Part shown: piece after piece, positions 11,376 through 24,757 of the stretch
How the letters are laid out: each line of letters starts with the position of its first letter
Numbering within the stretch: the first letter of the stretch is position 1
NCBI GenBank assembly: GCA_001600815.1
Contig: BCKZ01000001.1
Location: 2,080,804 to 2,129,520 of the forward strand
Reading direction: 5' to 3'
Length of the DNA stretch: 48,717 nt
Source of the DNA: Alloascoidea hylecoeti
Lineage: Eukaryota
Notes under the pieces: model-generated
Seen by the model: the letters and a program-made list of their open reading frames with translations, nothing else
What the model was told of the DNA's origin: nothing
Database searches by the model: none
Program-made: the position numbers and the translations under genes

Positions 11376-14008
11376 ATGTCATACCCAGATAGGGCATTTC
11401 AACTTCTCGCTGATGAATATCCTTTGGCAAGTGTAAAAACTCCTACCCTTTTCGGTTTGGAAAAATTTATTGTGAACACCGGAAAAGACTGGTCTGAATT
11501 TAGTGATGACGAGACACCTGGTAAGGCAGATGATAGTTCTGACAATGATACGCTGGAAGCCAAAAACCATGATGATAGTATGGATGAAAATGATGTTATA
11601 ATGGTAAGTTATTCTAATATCAAGCTCATGAATCTATTGTGTTTTAACAATGCTTATTTCTATAGTCCACGGCTGTTACAGATGAAGGAATACATCGAAA
11701 AAGACCATCCGATTTCCCATTAGTTCGTGCTTCAAATCCTTCTGTGGATGGTGATGAAGATATGCCAGCAATAGGATCTTCTCCGAACAAGAAACGCAAA
11801 ACTTCTTTACATGTTGACACTGGTGAAACAGACACACATTCTACTTCTACAACTGCTTTTTTAAACACTAACAGCTTGATAACTGAAAATGGTATTCTAT
11901 CACTCAATAATGCTATTCTATCACTCGATAATGGTGAGTTGCTTGGTCTAAATGCTCTTTCTGGTTCTGAACTTGTTCTCACTCCTTCTGATCTACCAAT
12001 GCAAACGAATCTCTTTGCTTCCACCTTTCAACAACAACCGCAGCAACAACAACAACAACAACAACAACAACCGCAGCATCAGCAGCAGCAACAGCATTTA
12101 CCCTCCAGCACGTCAGTATCACCTAATCATAATGGTATCACAGATTCTTTTATTCCCAATACTCCACCACCAGATATTGATGCTAATCCAGAGGTTCAAA
12201 ATTATAATCAACTTCCACTTCCCTCACCAACCGCCTCTCCTGTCCATGATTCGTCGTCTCCTTCGACGGATCTTAATTTCGAAAAACATAAGGATATAAT
12301 ATCAAGATTATCACTTTCTGATGCTTCAAGCGGATCAAGAGTAGATGATATCGAGTCATCTTTTCAAGAACTTTGCCCTCGGCAAAAAAATTATATTATT
12401 TTTAAATTATTACGTCGTTTAGATCGTAAAATATTATCAGCAATAAGTAATGAAATTCAACCTGCTTTACGACATGATATTTTATTAAAAGTACCATTAG
12501 AAGTTTCTATCAAAATATTATCATATTTATGCTATAAAGATTTAGGAAATGCTGCACAAGTTTCAAAATATTGGAAAACTCTTGTTGATTCTGAAAATGT
12601 TTGGAAAGCATTATTAAAAGTTGATGAATATGAAACTACAGAAGAAGATGTTGATCAAGCGATGAAACGAGGTTGGAGTTTGGATGGTGATGATATTGAA
12701 CCAGTGGATTTTGGTTTGAATAGTTCTGTGGAACATGTTGAAAGTAAAGATAATAAAGGTTCAGTTTATAAAGCAATTTATAAACGTAGACATATTTTAC
12801 AACAAAGATGGATGGATCCTAATTCAAAACCTCGTCGCATATCTGTTCCAAGTCATGGACGACATGTTGTTACTTGTTTACAATTCGACAGTGACAAGAT
12901 TGTAACTGGTTCAGATGATTTAAACATCCATGTATATAGTACAAAAACTGGTGAACTAAGATCGGTTCTAAAAGGTCATGATGGTGGAGTTTGGGCATTA
13001 CAATATACTGATAATATCTTGGTATCTGGTTCCACAGATAGAACCATACGAATCTGGGATATTAAAAGGAAGAAAACTACTCAGATATTATATGGTCACA
13101 GTTCTACAGTTCGTTGTCTTGAAATTATAAAACCTGTAGCAGATGGTGTTAATTCAGATGGTTCAATTATTTATCGCCCTCCTTATCCTCTCTTGGTTAC
13201 TGGATCAAGAGATCATACTTTACGATTATGGAAATTACCACAAGAAGGAGATAGTGAATTTCTTCCAGAAACTACTGATGCAGCCAATCCTTATTTTCTT
13301 CGAACATTACAAGGCCATTTAGATAGTGTTAGGACCGTCGCAGCATATGGAAACACCATTGTTAGTGGAAGTTATGACACATTTGTTAAAGTATGGGAAG
13401 CTGACACGGGAGAATGTCGTTTCACATTGAAAGGACATGAGCAAAGAGTTTATAACGTTGTTATTGATAAGGAAAGAAATAGATGTATTAGTGGTTCTCT
13501 CGACTTTTCAGTTAAAATTTGGTGCTTAAAAACCGGAGCTTGTCTTTACACTTTAGAAGGACACACATCATTGGTTGGATTGCTAGATTTGAATAATACC
13601 GCTTTAGTATCAGCAGCTGCTGATAAGACAGTGAGGATTTGGGAACCTGAAACAGGTAAATTTCTAAAGTTACTTAAAGGACATACACAAGCAATCACTT
13701 GCTTTCAACATGATCAATTTAAGCTTGTTAGTGGATCTCAAGGAATGCTAAAATTATGGGACATTAAAACAGGAAAGTTTGTTAAAGACTTGTTACATGG
13801 TGTTGATGGAGGAGTTTGGCAAGTTAGATTTGATAGACGACGATGTGTTGCCGCTGTTCAAAGAGGGGAAAATACGTCTTCTATTGAGATTTTAGATTTT
13901 GGGTATAACGATGGACCTGAGGAAATCAAAGAGGATGATGAAGAAGATGAAAATATGCAAATGCATATGGGTCTTGGTCTTGGAATAGGTATGACGGATA
14001 CGGCCTAA
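11376..14008 (+). CDS. CDC4: SCF F-box/WD40 substrate receptor Cdc4
   Basis: Exon 1 is 11376-11603, the intron 11604-11665 (GTAAGT...TAG, phase 0) and exon 2 11666-14008. F-box DILLKVPLEVSIKILSYL, then WD40 repeats (HVVTCLQFD, LKGHDGGVWAL, VSGSTDRTIRIWD). Confidence 0.95.
12029..12095 (+). repeat. CAA/CAG poly-glutamine tract in CDC4
   Basis: QQQPQQQQQQQQQQPQHQQQQQ is encoded by CAA/CAG runs. Confidence 0.9.
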
Positions 14009-14719
14009 ATAATTTTTATAGCTGGGTAAATTTTAATTCATAATTGTTATGATGGTCACCTGATGTGATATTACTAATCTGCAGGTATGTAGGTTACTAA
14101 TATTTTCTAACATGTCCACCAATACCTCCACATTGTCTACAATGAGTCTACATTTCCAATCCTTGTTCTGTCAAGATTGCCTAAATATAGGTCGTTCTGA
14201 ATCTGCTTGTGTAAAAATATAGATGAAGACAATAAAGGTTCCGCGGCAGCCTGACAGCTTTAATTCGTGAGATAGTTACTGCGTATACGGTTATGGCCAT
14301 ATCTAGCAGAAAGAACCGTTCTCCTTCCGGTCAACAGTAGTCACAGAGCAATGTAGTAGACCATACGCACGTGGTGTTGTAATCTTTTCGTTCTTTTCGT
14401 TCTTTTCATGGCCTTGGATATTTCCACAGATACCCATTTGTCGTAGATGTCTCCAGCAAGTATAAAGATAAAGATATTAATACAGCTTCATTATAATTAT
14501 CGATTGTGTTCCATTTTTGCAAGACTAATGAGAGATGAGATTTCATTTTGTTCCATAAACGCATAGAAACGTAGACTTAGCCACAGAATGTAATTAAAAT
14601 TGATGGCTGGGTTATTAATAGCTACGATTGTCATTGAATTATAATACTGTAATTCTTCAACTTTTTATTTACGACTTGGAAACCTCCTTCACCACCACAT
14701 TATCAATATCAGTATCAAC

Positions 14720-15343
14720 ATGGAACACACAGGGAAATCTATGGTAGTCGGAAATCGTCTCGTTTCTTTGTTTGAGATCATTTTAAGAGCGGTGATTTTC
14801 ATCTGCAGTGTTATTGCATTGGCCTTGATAGCAAAAACTGCAACTGAATTTGAGAGTTCGATAGTTAACTACGGGATCTTCACAGCCGTCTTCTCTCTAT
14901 TATTTGGTTCAATTTTTATGTTCTTAACTTACATTATTAGAGCAAATTCACTACAACATCCAATAATAAAATTATTGCTCGATGTATTAAATCTCATATT
15001 TACGTTCATCGCTGGTGTTTTCATTGCTGATTATTACAGATTTTCTTGTTCTGGCTACTTATATCAAAATAGAGTTGCATTCAAATGGGATAGTTCTGGT
15101 TGCAAAACTGCAAAAGCCTCATCCGCTTTCTTTTTATTTCTTGCAGTATTATATCTACTGACATCTATTGGTTCGGTTCATAGTGTTGCTAAAAACGGAA
15201 TGTTTTATAATGAAGGTAGAACTAATTTGAATGAGAATGAAAGCTATAGAGATAGAGATGCTGATAAGAGTATGACTCCCGGGAGTGGAAACGATACTAT
15301 CAATATAGTTCCTGCACCTAGGCCTAATTCCTATGAAGTTTAG
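14720..15343 (+). CDS. MARVEL-like four-TM membrane protein
   Basis: Four hydrophobic helices with MARVEL-like patterns: ILRAVIFICSVIALAL, VNYGIFTAVFSLL, LDVLNLIFTFIAG, CKTAKASSAFFLF. Confidence 0.8.
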   Translation: MEHTGKSMVVGNRLVSLFEIILRAVIFICSVIALALIAKTATEFESSIVNYGIFTAVFSLLFGSIFMFLTYIIRANSLQHPIIKLLLDVLNLIFTFIAGVFIADYYRFSCSGYLYQNRVAFKWDSSGCKTAKASSAFFLFLAVLYLLTSIGSVHSVAKNGMFYNEGRTNLNENESYRDRDADKSMTPGSGNDTINIVPAPRPNSYEV

Positions 15344-15620
15344 GATAACACATTAAATTCAATATTCAAACTTAACCCTATAATTTCCATAATTATAAAA
15401 ACCCAAAAAATACTATTTGTTTAATATCTGTTACTCGTGGCATCGTTATAATATATTAAATCAGGTACTTTATTATTAGTGGTGGCTATGCCAACAATAT
15501 CAGATCATCCACTTCACGGCCATGATGTAAATCTATATTTATATTTAGCACAACTATCTTTTTCTCCTTTTAAAGTTTCTTCTTTTCTAACTCTAATATA
15601 TGTCTTAAACCTTTTGTAAA

Positions 15621-17881
15621 ATGAGTTATAACCATTCTTATTCCAGAACAAATGATTCACCATTTGATATTTCAAAATTAAATAATACTAATGTTAATGA
15701 TATTGATGAGGTAGCAATTGATAATTATAGATTATCTAAATTTGGAAAACTTTTATTATGGATTAATATAATTGTAAAGATTTTCCAATATCTAATATCA
15801 ATTATATTGATTGGTTTGTTATCAAAGATTATAACAGAGATGTCTTCATCGATGGTAACTTATTGGTATGTTTTTAATATAAAATTCATATAGCTGTTTG
15901 ATATATTAATATTAATTGAATGTATTTTTTAAAATATAGTTTAGTCATTTCTTGTTGGTCTATATTAATACCATTGTTTTGTTTCATTTATAGTTTAATG
16001 TCAAAAAACTATTTTCCAATAGTATCTTTAATCCGAGATTCATTAACATGTTTCTTAGCATTAATAGCAGGAATTTTATTACTTCTATATTATAAAAATA
16101 AAACATCAGACGGGATAACATACTATAATTCAACTTCTGGAACTTCAACTAATCAATATTCGTGTTATTATAAAAATGAATGGATTGTATGTTCTGTTGG
16201 AATTGGTAAAGCAGCTGCAATCTTTTTTTTAATTTTAACTGGATTGTTTTTAATTTCGGTCTTCATTGATATTTATGATGTAAATAAAAAAGGTTATTTG
16301 AATGATAAACATGGGAAAAAAAAAAAACACCATCATAATACTGATCTTGAATTTGGATCTACAGCTGGAGATCAGAATCAACCTCAAAATCAAATTACAT
16401 ACGATCAATTGTTACCAGATAACAATATTAGTGAACCACCTGCTCCACAAATGGAATGGAATATGAACTTCATCTCAGATGCACCGCCAAATAAGCATAA
16501 AAAGAAACAGAAACATAATAACAATAGTAATACTAATAATATTGGTACCACGGAAATCGATGATCATGATCAATTACAATCACAAAACAATGATACCCAC
16601 GAAGTTCAATTGCATCAACCAGAGATCACTTATAGTCCGCAAAATAATAATTATACAGGCCAATATTATACAAGACCGAGTCCAGAGTTAAAACTATCTG
16701 CTATACCTACCTCTAAACCAGTACCTCAAGTTCAAATACAGCAACCATCAATTACCTATAGCCCACAGACTAATAATTATACAGGCCACTATTATACAAG
16801 ACCAAGTCCAATTTTAGAACCATCTTTTATACCTATATCAAAACCAGGACCTCAAATCAAAGTTCAGATGTATAATAAACCTACGGTACCAATTGATGGT
16901 AATCATAAAAATGAACATCATCAAACGTTAGATACTTATCATGTCAATCAAGTAAGGCCATCTATTCCATATCCATTAGCTCATGAACATGGTAAGTATC
17001 AATCACAACAAGCTCATATTACTTCAAGTTTAAATGGGAATGGTATTGATGTTGCTGGGTTGATTAGCCCGATTGAGAATTTAAATATTCCTGATCAATC
17101 GCTTAAGCCACATAAATATTCCAATCATAATCAAGATTATAATAGAGATAACAAAAATAAAAAGAATAAACAAACAAGCTCTGCTTTGTCTGCTTCTATT
17201 CCTGTTGATGATCTAAAACCTTCAAGAAAGCATTCTGACCATTCTAAACCATCTGGCACAGAACAAACACCAACAATAGCTACTCCACATTCAAATCCCT
17301 CAAACTCCCATACTCATTATGATCACCAAAATCGTCACAGAAAAAGTCATATTCACCATCATCATAATTCAACATCAACACCAATAACTGACCCAAGCAC
17401 CTCTGATAAACCACCTTCGACTCCAATTACTAAGCCTAAGCTTAAGCCCCACGTTTCAATTGATACAGTACCAACTATTATATCATCAACAAAAATAAAA
17501 CCAAATGAAAAAAACAAGAAAGATCAACACAAATCACATAAGTCGCATAAGTCACATAAATCACATAAATCACATAAAGTAAGTGAGTCGTATAAGCCGC
17601 ATAAATCAGATAAAATACAAGAAAATACTAATACAGACCCTACTAAAAATCCCAATTATAAGCACAAGCCAATTGCAACGACTAAACCAATAATTCCAGT
17701 TTCAATTTTAAAACCAACAAAAACAGTAGCAACCGCTACAGGAACAATGACACCATATCCGGTTATTGATAACTATATTATAAATAGTGATGATTCGGAT
17801 TCTCCTCCAAGCGTATTTTATTTTCCTGAATTGGGTATAAGAGAATTTAAAGGAGAAGTAAAGGAGACGATATTAATATGA
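15621..17881 (+). CDS. Second MARVEL-like membrane protein with a long His/Pro/Lys-rich low-complexity tail
   Basis: Exon 1 (15621-15865), a phase-2 intron (15866-15939, GTATGT...TAG) and exon 2 (15940-17881) join two ORF-track entries. The four-TM pattern matches the upstream gene (SSMVTYCLVIS, RDSLTCFLALIAG, GKAAAIFFLI). Confidence 0.75.
16601..16852 (+). repeat. 126-bp (42-aa) in-frame tandem duplication
   Basis: QPEITYSPQNNNYTGQYYTRPSP and QPSITYSPQTNNYTGHYYTRPSP; TTATACAGGCC occurs at 16651 and 16777. Confidence 0.9.
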
Positions 17882-18469
17882 TTTTAACTGATGAGTATTA
17901 GGTGTACCGGCATACAGTTATAAGCTTATCAAATTTGGGAGTATTATATCCAATAATAATGTAAAATAAAATATAGTTACGTCAAACTACTTCGTTCATT
18001 AACTGCTAAATAGTTAAAAATTATTGAATTATGCCTGCGAATTTAATTGCAAATGAGTTCTAATAGTTTCAGTCTCACAAGACAATTAAATTTTGTATTT
18101 TACTTAATGTCAATTACAAGGGCTAGCTACGAATACGTTTGTTACTTGTTACCATATAAACTTTATATTCGTTAGCTATTATAAAAGGCCAAAGTTTATG
18201 TATCATGTCAGCAATCTACAGCATTTCTATGAGATAACATAAAGTCAATTATAATGATTACTTTATAGTTAAACAATTATAAGCTTATAGTAAAAGTCAT
18301 ATATTATAATAAAAACAACCCCACATTTTTTGTCAATCAATAAATTGATATATATATACAGCATCTTTTTTAATTTTTTTAATTTCTACCTTTTCATGTT
18401 TTATGATAATTAATCTCATATTACTTGTCAATGTTGCCATTACCAGTGGTGATGAGATAATATCTATAA

Positions 18470-18754
18470 TTAGATACCGAGATTTGTATCATTCTGATAA
18501 TCATCATAAACTTTATCCCAATGATTTTCCTCCTTTTTCGATTTTGAAGAATTTAAGTCTGCACCTGAACCCACTTGATTTTGTGAGTTGGTTGTTTGTT
18601 TGCTGTCCAGTTTATCGATCTTCGCTTCTAGATCCGTTACCTTGTTAGATAATCCCTTAACCTCATTAGATAAGCTTTTAACTGTATTGATCAGGTCGCT
18701 GACTGCTGATTCAGTAGCGTCTGCTACAGGTTTGGTTTGGGATTTTGGTTCCAT
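18470..18754 (-). CDS. Small hypothetical coiled-coil protein (94 aa)
   Basis: ATG in AAAAATGG context, a TATA-like element about 145 bp upstream, and a clean heptad (LINTVKSLSNEVKGLSNKVTDLEAKIDKL). No family recognised. Confidence 0.55.
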   Translation of the reverse strand: MEPKSQTKPVADATESAVSDLINTVKSLSNEVKGLSNKVTDLEAKIDKLDSKQTTNSQNQVGSGADLNSSKSKKEENHWDKVYDDYQNDTNLGI

Positions 18755-19378
18755 TTTTGATAAATATTAGATATTTATAATTAAGTTTGTATATAATGTC
18801 TCTTTGTATTGTCTATGAATCTATCCCAATAGTTGTGGTAGTCCGGAGTTGTTCCAAAATCAAAAAGAAAGATCAATCAATAAACTTCAAAATTTATATA
18901 AAGTCCTTGTTATAATTTAATAAGTTACTTTTTCCACAAGAAAACAAAAGGAGAACTATATGTAGATCTAGAAAGTCACATGCTTCTTTTCAATACCACA
19001 ATCTGATTTTTAAATTTGTAGGCGCAGATACGATTGTGGAGTTTATTATGTTTATATTCGCTTCTTAACAATGGCCATTGAATCATTCTAAGGCTAAATT
19101 AGGGCACACCACGGAATATGGAACCGAAGATTTGGGAGTATTGCAATTGTTGATGAGCTCGAACTTTGAAAAGTCAACATATATTATACACTAAATAGTA
19201 ATTATAATACATATTATGCTTCATTGGTATTATATAAATTCTTATAGCAAATCATAATATAAAGCTATTATTATTCCAATTTAATTGATTATAATTTTGG
19301 AGTTTTTTAATTAGTATTTAAATTTTGTTTGATGGGCATTTAGCTTTTTTGTAATTGTAACCATAACTAGATATTCGT

Positions 19379-19888
19379 TCAATCTTTAAGAATCTGATCA
19401 GAAAATATCTCTCGAAAAATTAGATCCTGAGAACTCCATTTTTTGGAGTCTTTTGCAAATTATCTTTTCTCTTCTTCAGATGAATCAATACAGCCAACTG
19501 AACGATCCCTCGAAGTCATAAAACTTAGTAATCAACTAACATGGAGTCAATAGTCATCTGTAAAAAGAATTATACCATGGTATTGCCCATCTTCGTAAGG
19601 TGTACCAGTAGGACATCTAAAGCACAGTTAAGACACGTATATAATTAATTAATTATAACAATCGCAAACTTTCACAAAAATCTTACTCTAAAATATTTCT
19701 TTCATTAGGGCGGCCCATTATATATTTTGATGGATTTTCCATCAAAGATCTGTATTCATCTGCAAGCTTTATAAAGAGAAATTGATAGTTAGAGTATGAA
19801 GTTATCAAGATTTAGTATATATCATTATAAGGATAGAGAGACTTACTCTTCTTGTAGCTGTTCTGCTTATTTCGCGCTGGTTAGCCAT
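19379..19888 (-). pseudogene. UBC6: Ubc6-family E2 ubiquitin-conjugating enzyme pseudogene (copy A)
   Basis: Exons 19888-19847, 19766-19687 and 19616 onward, with GT-AG introns, give MANQREISRTATRR-LADEYRSLMENPSKYIMGRPNERNILE-CPTGTPYEDGQYHGIILFTDDY* (TGA 19549-19547). Next comes LLSFMTSRDRSVGCIDSSEEEKR*FAKDSKKWSSQDLIFREIFSD. The WHYIIT segment and the catalytic-Cys region are missing. Confidence 0.88.
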
Positions 19889-19943
19889 AATCGTGGAGTT
19901 GCTAAGTTAAAGGAAAGGTGAATTATATTTATACACAGCGCTA

Positions 19944-20512
19944 TCTAACCCTGCGCCCTCAATTAAATATTTATATGAAGAATTAAAAAAACCCAACATC
20001 ATATTTTTAAGTGCACCCTGAACTTCTCTACATTGTCTTACTTATAAGTAGCATTTGTTCATTGTAGTGTATAATAATTATACTTATAGATGTTAATGGT
20101 TTACACAATATTGATTTTGATGGAGGTGAATATCATCGGATAGTAACTTTTCCACCAGATTATGATTATACATCTAACTACCACAAATTAAGGTAATGTT
20201 AATTGGTATATTTAAAGTGAATTATAAGTTCTGCTATCTTTTTTTTTTTAATTTTTAATCCTCCATTACTACTGATACTGGTTCTTAACATGACTATATA
20301 GAGCTATTAAATTTATGATAATTAAATCAACACATGCTATGATAACGAGCGCTTAATTTTGTGGTCGTGATACTTCAATTGAAAAGGAGTTCACCGAACA
20401 ATCTAGAGAGTGAAATTTTATATATAAAATGTTAACGTTCAAAAAGCATTTTCCTGAGTGGATGAATAAGTCTGAACAAGAAACTGAAATTATTGATTCA
20501 CTCCTTGCTTGA
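19944..20512 (+). pseudogene. Second Ubc6/UBE2J-family E2 pseudogene (copy B), divergent from copy A
   Basis: Fragments SIKYLYEELKK/NPTSYF*VHP, VNGLHNIDFDGGEYHRIVTFPPDY (20092-20163; cf. UBE2J1 VRGPPDSDFDGGVYHGRIVLPPEY) and EKEFTEQSRE*NF...FKKHFPE (about 20380-20458). Stops and frameshifts are present, and I found no catalytic core. Confidence 0.7.
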
Positions 20513-21577
20513 TAGTGATATTACAATCATGGCTTTCAGATTGGGACTCATTTTTTTTTTTCATTCTGTATTAAATTTGATATACGTACTGTTTCACATA
20601 CATTGCATACGGTAACTAGTTCAACCACTACAGATGAAGATTTTCCAGTTAATAACGATTGTGATTTGTTTTTACTTTCCTATGCAATCTTCATAAAATA
20701 TTATACCAACATTTGAAAGCAAATGTAGTTAGATACTATCTTAATTTGTTGACATTATTTCAACTCATCTAGATTATAAAGTCAATTAGTATTACAATAC
20801 ATGCCTATCATATATTAATACATGTACTATGCATACTATTATTTTTACGATTATGTATAAATTACGTATCTTCAAAACAATTGCAACAACTATAACAAAA
20901 CAATAAAAACTGATATCGATATAATGCTATATATTCTGCTTTTGTGTCACACTATAACTATTATAAAAGGTATATCTTGCTATATTTAATTTCATTGTTA
21001 CTCCAAAACTCAATGACTAGATAGCAAATTGAGAATACCTCATTAGGTGCGTGGCTACCTCAAAATTGAACTCGAATCTCAATTTTGAAATCAATTGCAA
21101 ATATGGTGTAAGCATATTCTCATTCAAATTAACTTCAATTTAAGATACTAGCCTCGGAATCGAAATTTGTTATAATAATATTACATTTCCAATTGGTTAA
21201 CAATAATAAATACAGACGTAATATTAATTAGAATGAATCCAATTCTTTTTCTTCTGATTATTATAATTATAATTATAACATATAAAGATTATATTTTTAT
21301 TCTTTAGATAAGTTTTAATTCTAGAAGTCAAATGCTCAAATGTGATAACAAACTTAAGATATAAGTTAAACAAACGAAACAAAAAAAAAAAATTTGAAAG
21401 AATAAATTTTAAAAGGATTAAAAAAACGACTAAAACAATGGGGGTGAGAAATTTTCAAAACAGTACAAATAATTAAATAAAATAGGATAAAATTTAAATT
21501 GAAATAGAGTACAATAGATATGATATAACAAAAACTTAGATTTGTTTTTCTTTTCTTTTAATCTTTTTAAATTTTTA

Positions 21578-24500
21578 TTAAAATGGTCTTCCTCTTTCAA
21601 TAGCAATTAATGAAGATGTATGAGAGGAAGATAATAACGGTTTGTCATGATTGTTAATTATTTCATCATTTTCATTATCATGATCATATTGAGAAAATGA
21701 ATTTGTTGATTCACCTCTTGATGATCCTAATAATGACATTGAATTATTATTTTCTAAATCATTTTCTATTTCATGCTCATTGTTTTCATGTTCATCTCCA
21801 TTTGAATTGTCATTTTCTTCAATTTCAGGTAAGTTCATATCAATTGTTGTTTTGATTGGACTTATTGAACCGCCAATACCATTTGCACTACTACTAGTAT
21901 TAGTATTAGATGGAACTTCTTCATAATCATCATCTTCCTCTTCTTCAATTACACTGCCTTTCGTTGATGCATTTGATGTAGCACCTTTTCTTCTTAAATT
22001 TCTAAGATTTGAATTCCTACTGGCATTATTATTTTTACTATTCAAAGAATTATTCAATCTTCTACTATGATAGCTTGCTGTTGGTGACCCACCTAACGCA
22101 GTTTTTCTTTTCCGTAAGAATGCGGATTGTTGAACAACTGATATCGTACCAGTTGTTGTACTTGGGAAAGCAGTATCACCACCATTTCTAATTGGGGTTG
22201 AAGTTCTCATTGTTGCTCTACTGCTCATATTACCCCATTGCATATAATCAGGCGATGAAGTTCGATAACTGTAGGTTGAACTTTTTGTTGATGATTGACC
22301 AGAAGTCGAAGAGTTTGTCGAAAGCCTTGATAATGATCTTTGATGTGATGATGAGAATGATGATGAAGTTTTTGACCTACCTGGTTGTTTCTGTTGCTGT
22401 TGCTGTTGAGAGTTAATTGAATTTGATGAAAGTTGAGAGAATAGTGATGCATTTGAAATTTCAGAAAACTGAGAGATTTGTGAAATTGGCCTTGGCATTT
22501 TTTTAAGCCATAAGTTTTGTGGAGATATATTATTTGCTGGATCCTGATCTAATGGGGTTGTTCTATTATTTGGAGGAGTTGTGGTTGAGTCATTTAAAAT
22601 ATTAAAAGCACCATTTACTGAAGTTGGAGTTACCTGTTGTTGTTGACCATTGTTATTACTAGTACTTATAACATTATTTATAATGTTATTATTGATATTG
22701 TTATTTCCATTATTTGAACTATTATTATTATTATTTTGTACTTGAAATGATGATAGGTGATCTTCATTCAATAATGGTCGAGTAGGAGGTTTTTTCTGCA
22801 TTCTATGAACCCAAGATTTAAAGTTTGTCAATTTTAGAAATTTATTCTTTTTTGATTTTGACATTGTATCTCCCAAAGATATTATAACGTCATCTGATGA
22901 TTGATTTGTTTTTGAAGTTGAACTATCATTTGAATGAATACCAGTTGTAGAATTTGTATGCTCTGAATGATGAGAAGATTTTCTACCCTCATTATTAATT
23001 CTTAATTCATTTTTATTGTTATTTTGTATAGAGTTTTCACTTGTTTTTTCCAAATCATCCTTGTTACTATGGACCAATCTAAATAAATCATGAGCACTTT
23101 TTGCTTTAAATAATTCATGACCAGCACTTTTTTTCTGTTTAATAGTTTCGTTTTCTTCAGGATCTTCTTTAATACTACTTGGTCTTGTTATTATTGGAGT
23201 TGATGAATTTGTTGTGGTTGTATGAGTTACTTCAAGAGTTATTAATCTTTCAACTCTTGGGGTATGAGAATTTCTTCTTGTTCTTGATCTTGAACGTTGC
23301 ATACTATTTCTTCTTGAAGTACCAGAAAGTGCATTTTTACGTAATTCTTTTTTCTTTTCTCTTCTTAATAATAATTCCCAATTTGCAGATAATGAATCAC
23401 AAGAATTATTTACAACACTTTTCATCAATAAATCAGTATCAATATGAACATTTTTTAATTTTCTAATCAAATGTCTTTCAAGTTTAGTTGAGAATGGTGA
23501 AGGTTGTTTTAAATTTAAATAATTTAATTCATCTGAACCATATGGTTCTAAGAATTCATCTTCTAATATATCCTTAATTGTTAATGAAGATCTTTTCTCA
23601 GGATCTTTATTTAATAGTTTTACAACTAAATTTTTAGCATCAGTTGGAAGTGAAGTTGGATAATTTGGTTCCTTTGTAGTTATTTGTAATTTCATAATTT
23701 CTTCATCATCTTCATCAAATGGCATTGTACCTACTAGTAAAGTAAAAAGAATTATTCCTAGTGACCAAATGTCAATTGCAGGACCTGAATATTTGTGTCT
23801 TAAAATTAACTCTGGGGCCATATAAGCTGGGGTCCCACATATTGTATCCAATAAAGTTCTTTGTTCATATTCTCTTGCAAAACCAAAGTCGCTTAATTTG
23901 ATATTTAAGTGCCGATCTAATAAGATATTTTCAAGTTTCAAATCACGATGTGTACAATTTAATTTATGGGTATAACCCACAGCACCTAAAAGTTGAGAAA
24001 ATAATTTTTTGGTTTCTTCAACTTCAAGTTTTTTTTTCTTGGCTAAATGATCGAATAATTCATTTCCTATTTTAATGTAAAGTTAGTTATTTTTGTATAT
24101 ATAGCAGAAAAATAATAATAATATAATTAATAGTCTCAGGCGATCTGGAGATAATAAAATAAATATAATCAGGAACCAAAACATTCTGATATTAATATTC
24201 ATGTACACAACACATACCATCACAATATTCCAAAACCATCCAAACCGCTGTTTCTGTTATGATATATTCGTATAATTTTGTAATGTGTGGATGATTAAAT
24301 TGTCGATGATAGAATATTTCTTTAACGACATTTGGGTCATCTTTTTGGCCTGATTTAAGAACCACCTTTTGATGAAATTAGTAAGTATGATATTTCATCT
24401 AAAATAGATCGAGGGGAGTACAAAATAAAAAAAAACATACTTTTGTCCGAGTGAATATATGATACGCTAGAAATACTTTACCGAAGCTTCCTATAGGTGA

Positions 24501-24757
24501 TTTGATATTAGCTGTTTTGATTTTTGGATAAAAATAGCAGGAGAATTAATTACCTTCGCCGATGAATTTAACGATTTTATAATTTCCAATTTGTTTTAGT
24601 TCGTGGGAGCAAAAATCTGTATATAATTTATTAAGGGATTCGGCCAACTAAAAGCAATAATTAGCGAAAAGTGATATAAACCTAAATATAGACAAAGATG
24701 ATATTTTACCTGAGCTTTTGCATTTTGGGAGTTTAATTTACTTCTCCTGGAAGTCAT
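21578..24757 (-). CDS. CAMK/AMPK-related Ser/Thr protein kinase, S. cerevisiae YPL150W type
   Basis: Five exons (24757-24710, 24647-24554, 24490-24441, 24365-24218, 24066-21578) with consistent phases. Motifs: IGNYKIVKFIGEGSFGKV, KDDPNVVKEIFYHRQF, HRDLKLEN, DFGFAR, CGTPAYMAPE. Long Asn/Ser-rich tail. Confidence 0.93.
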
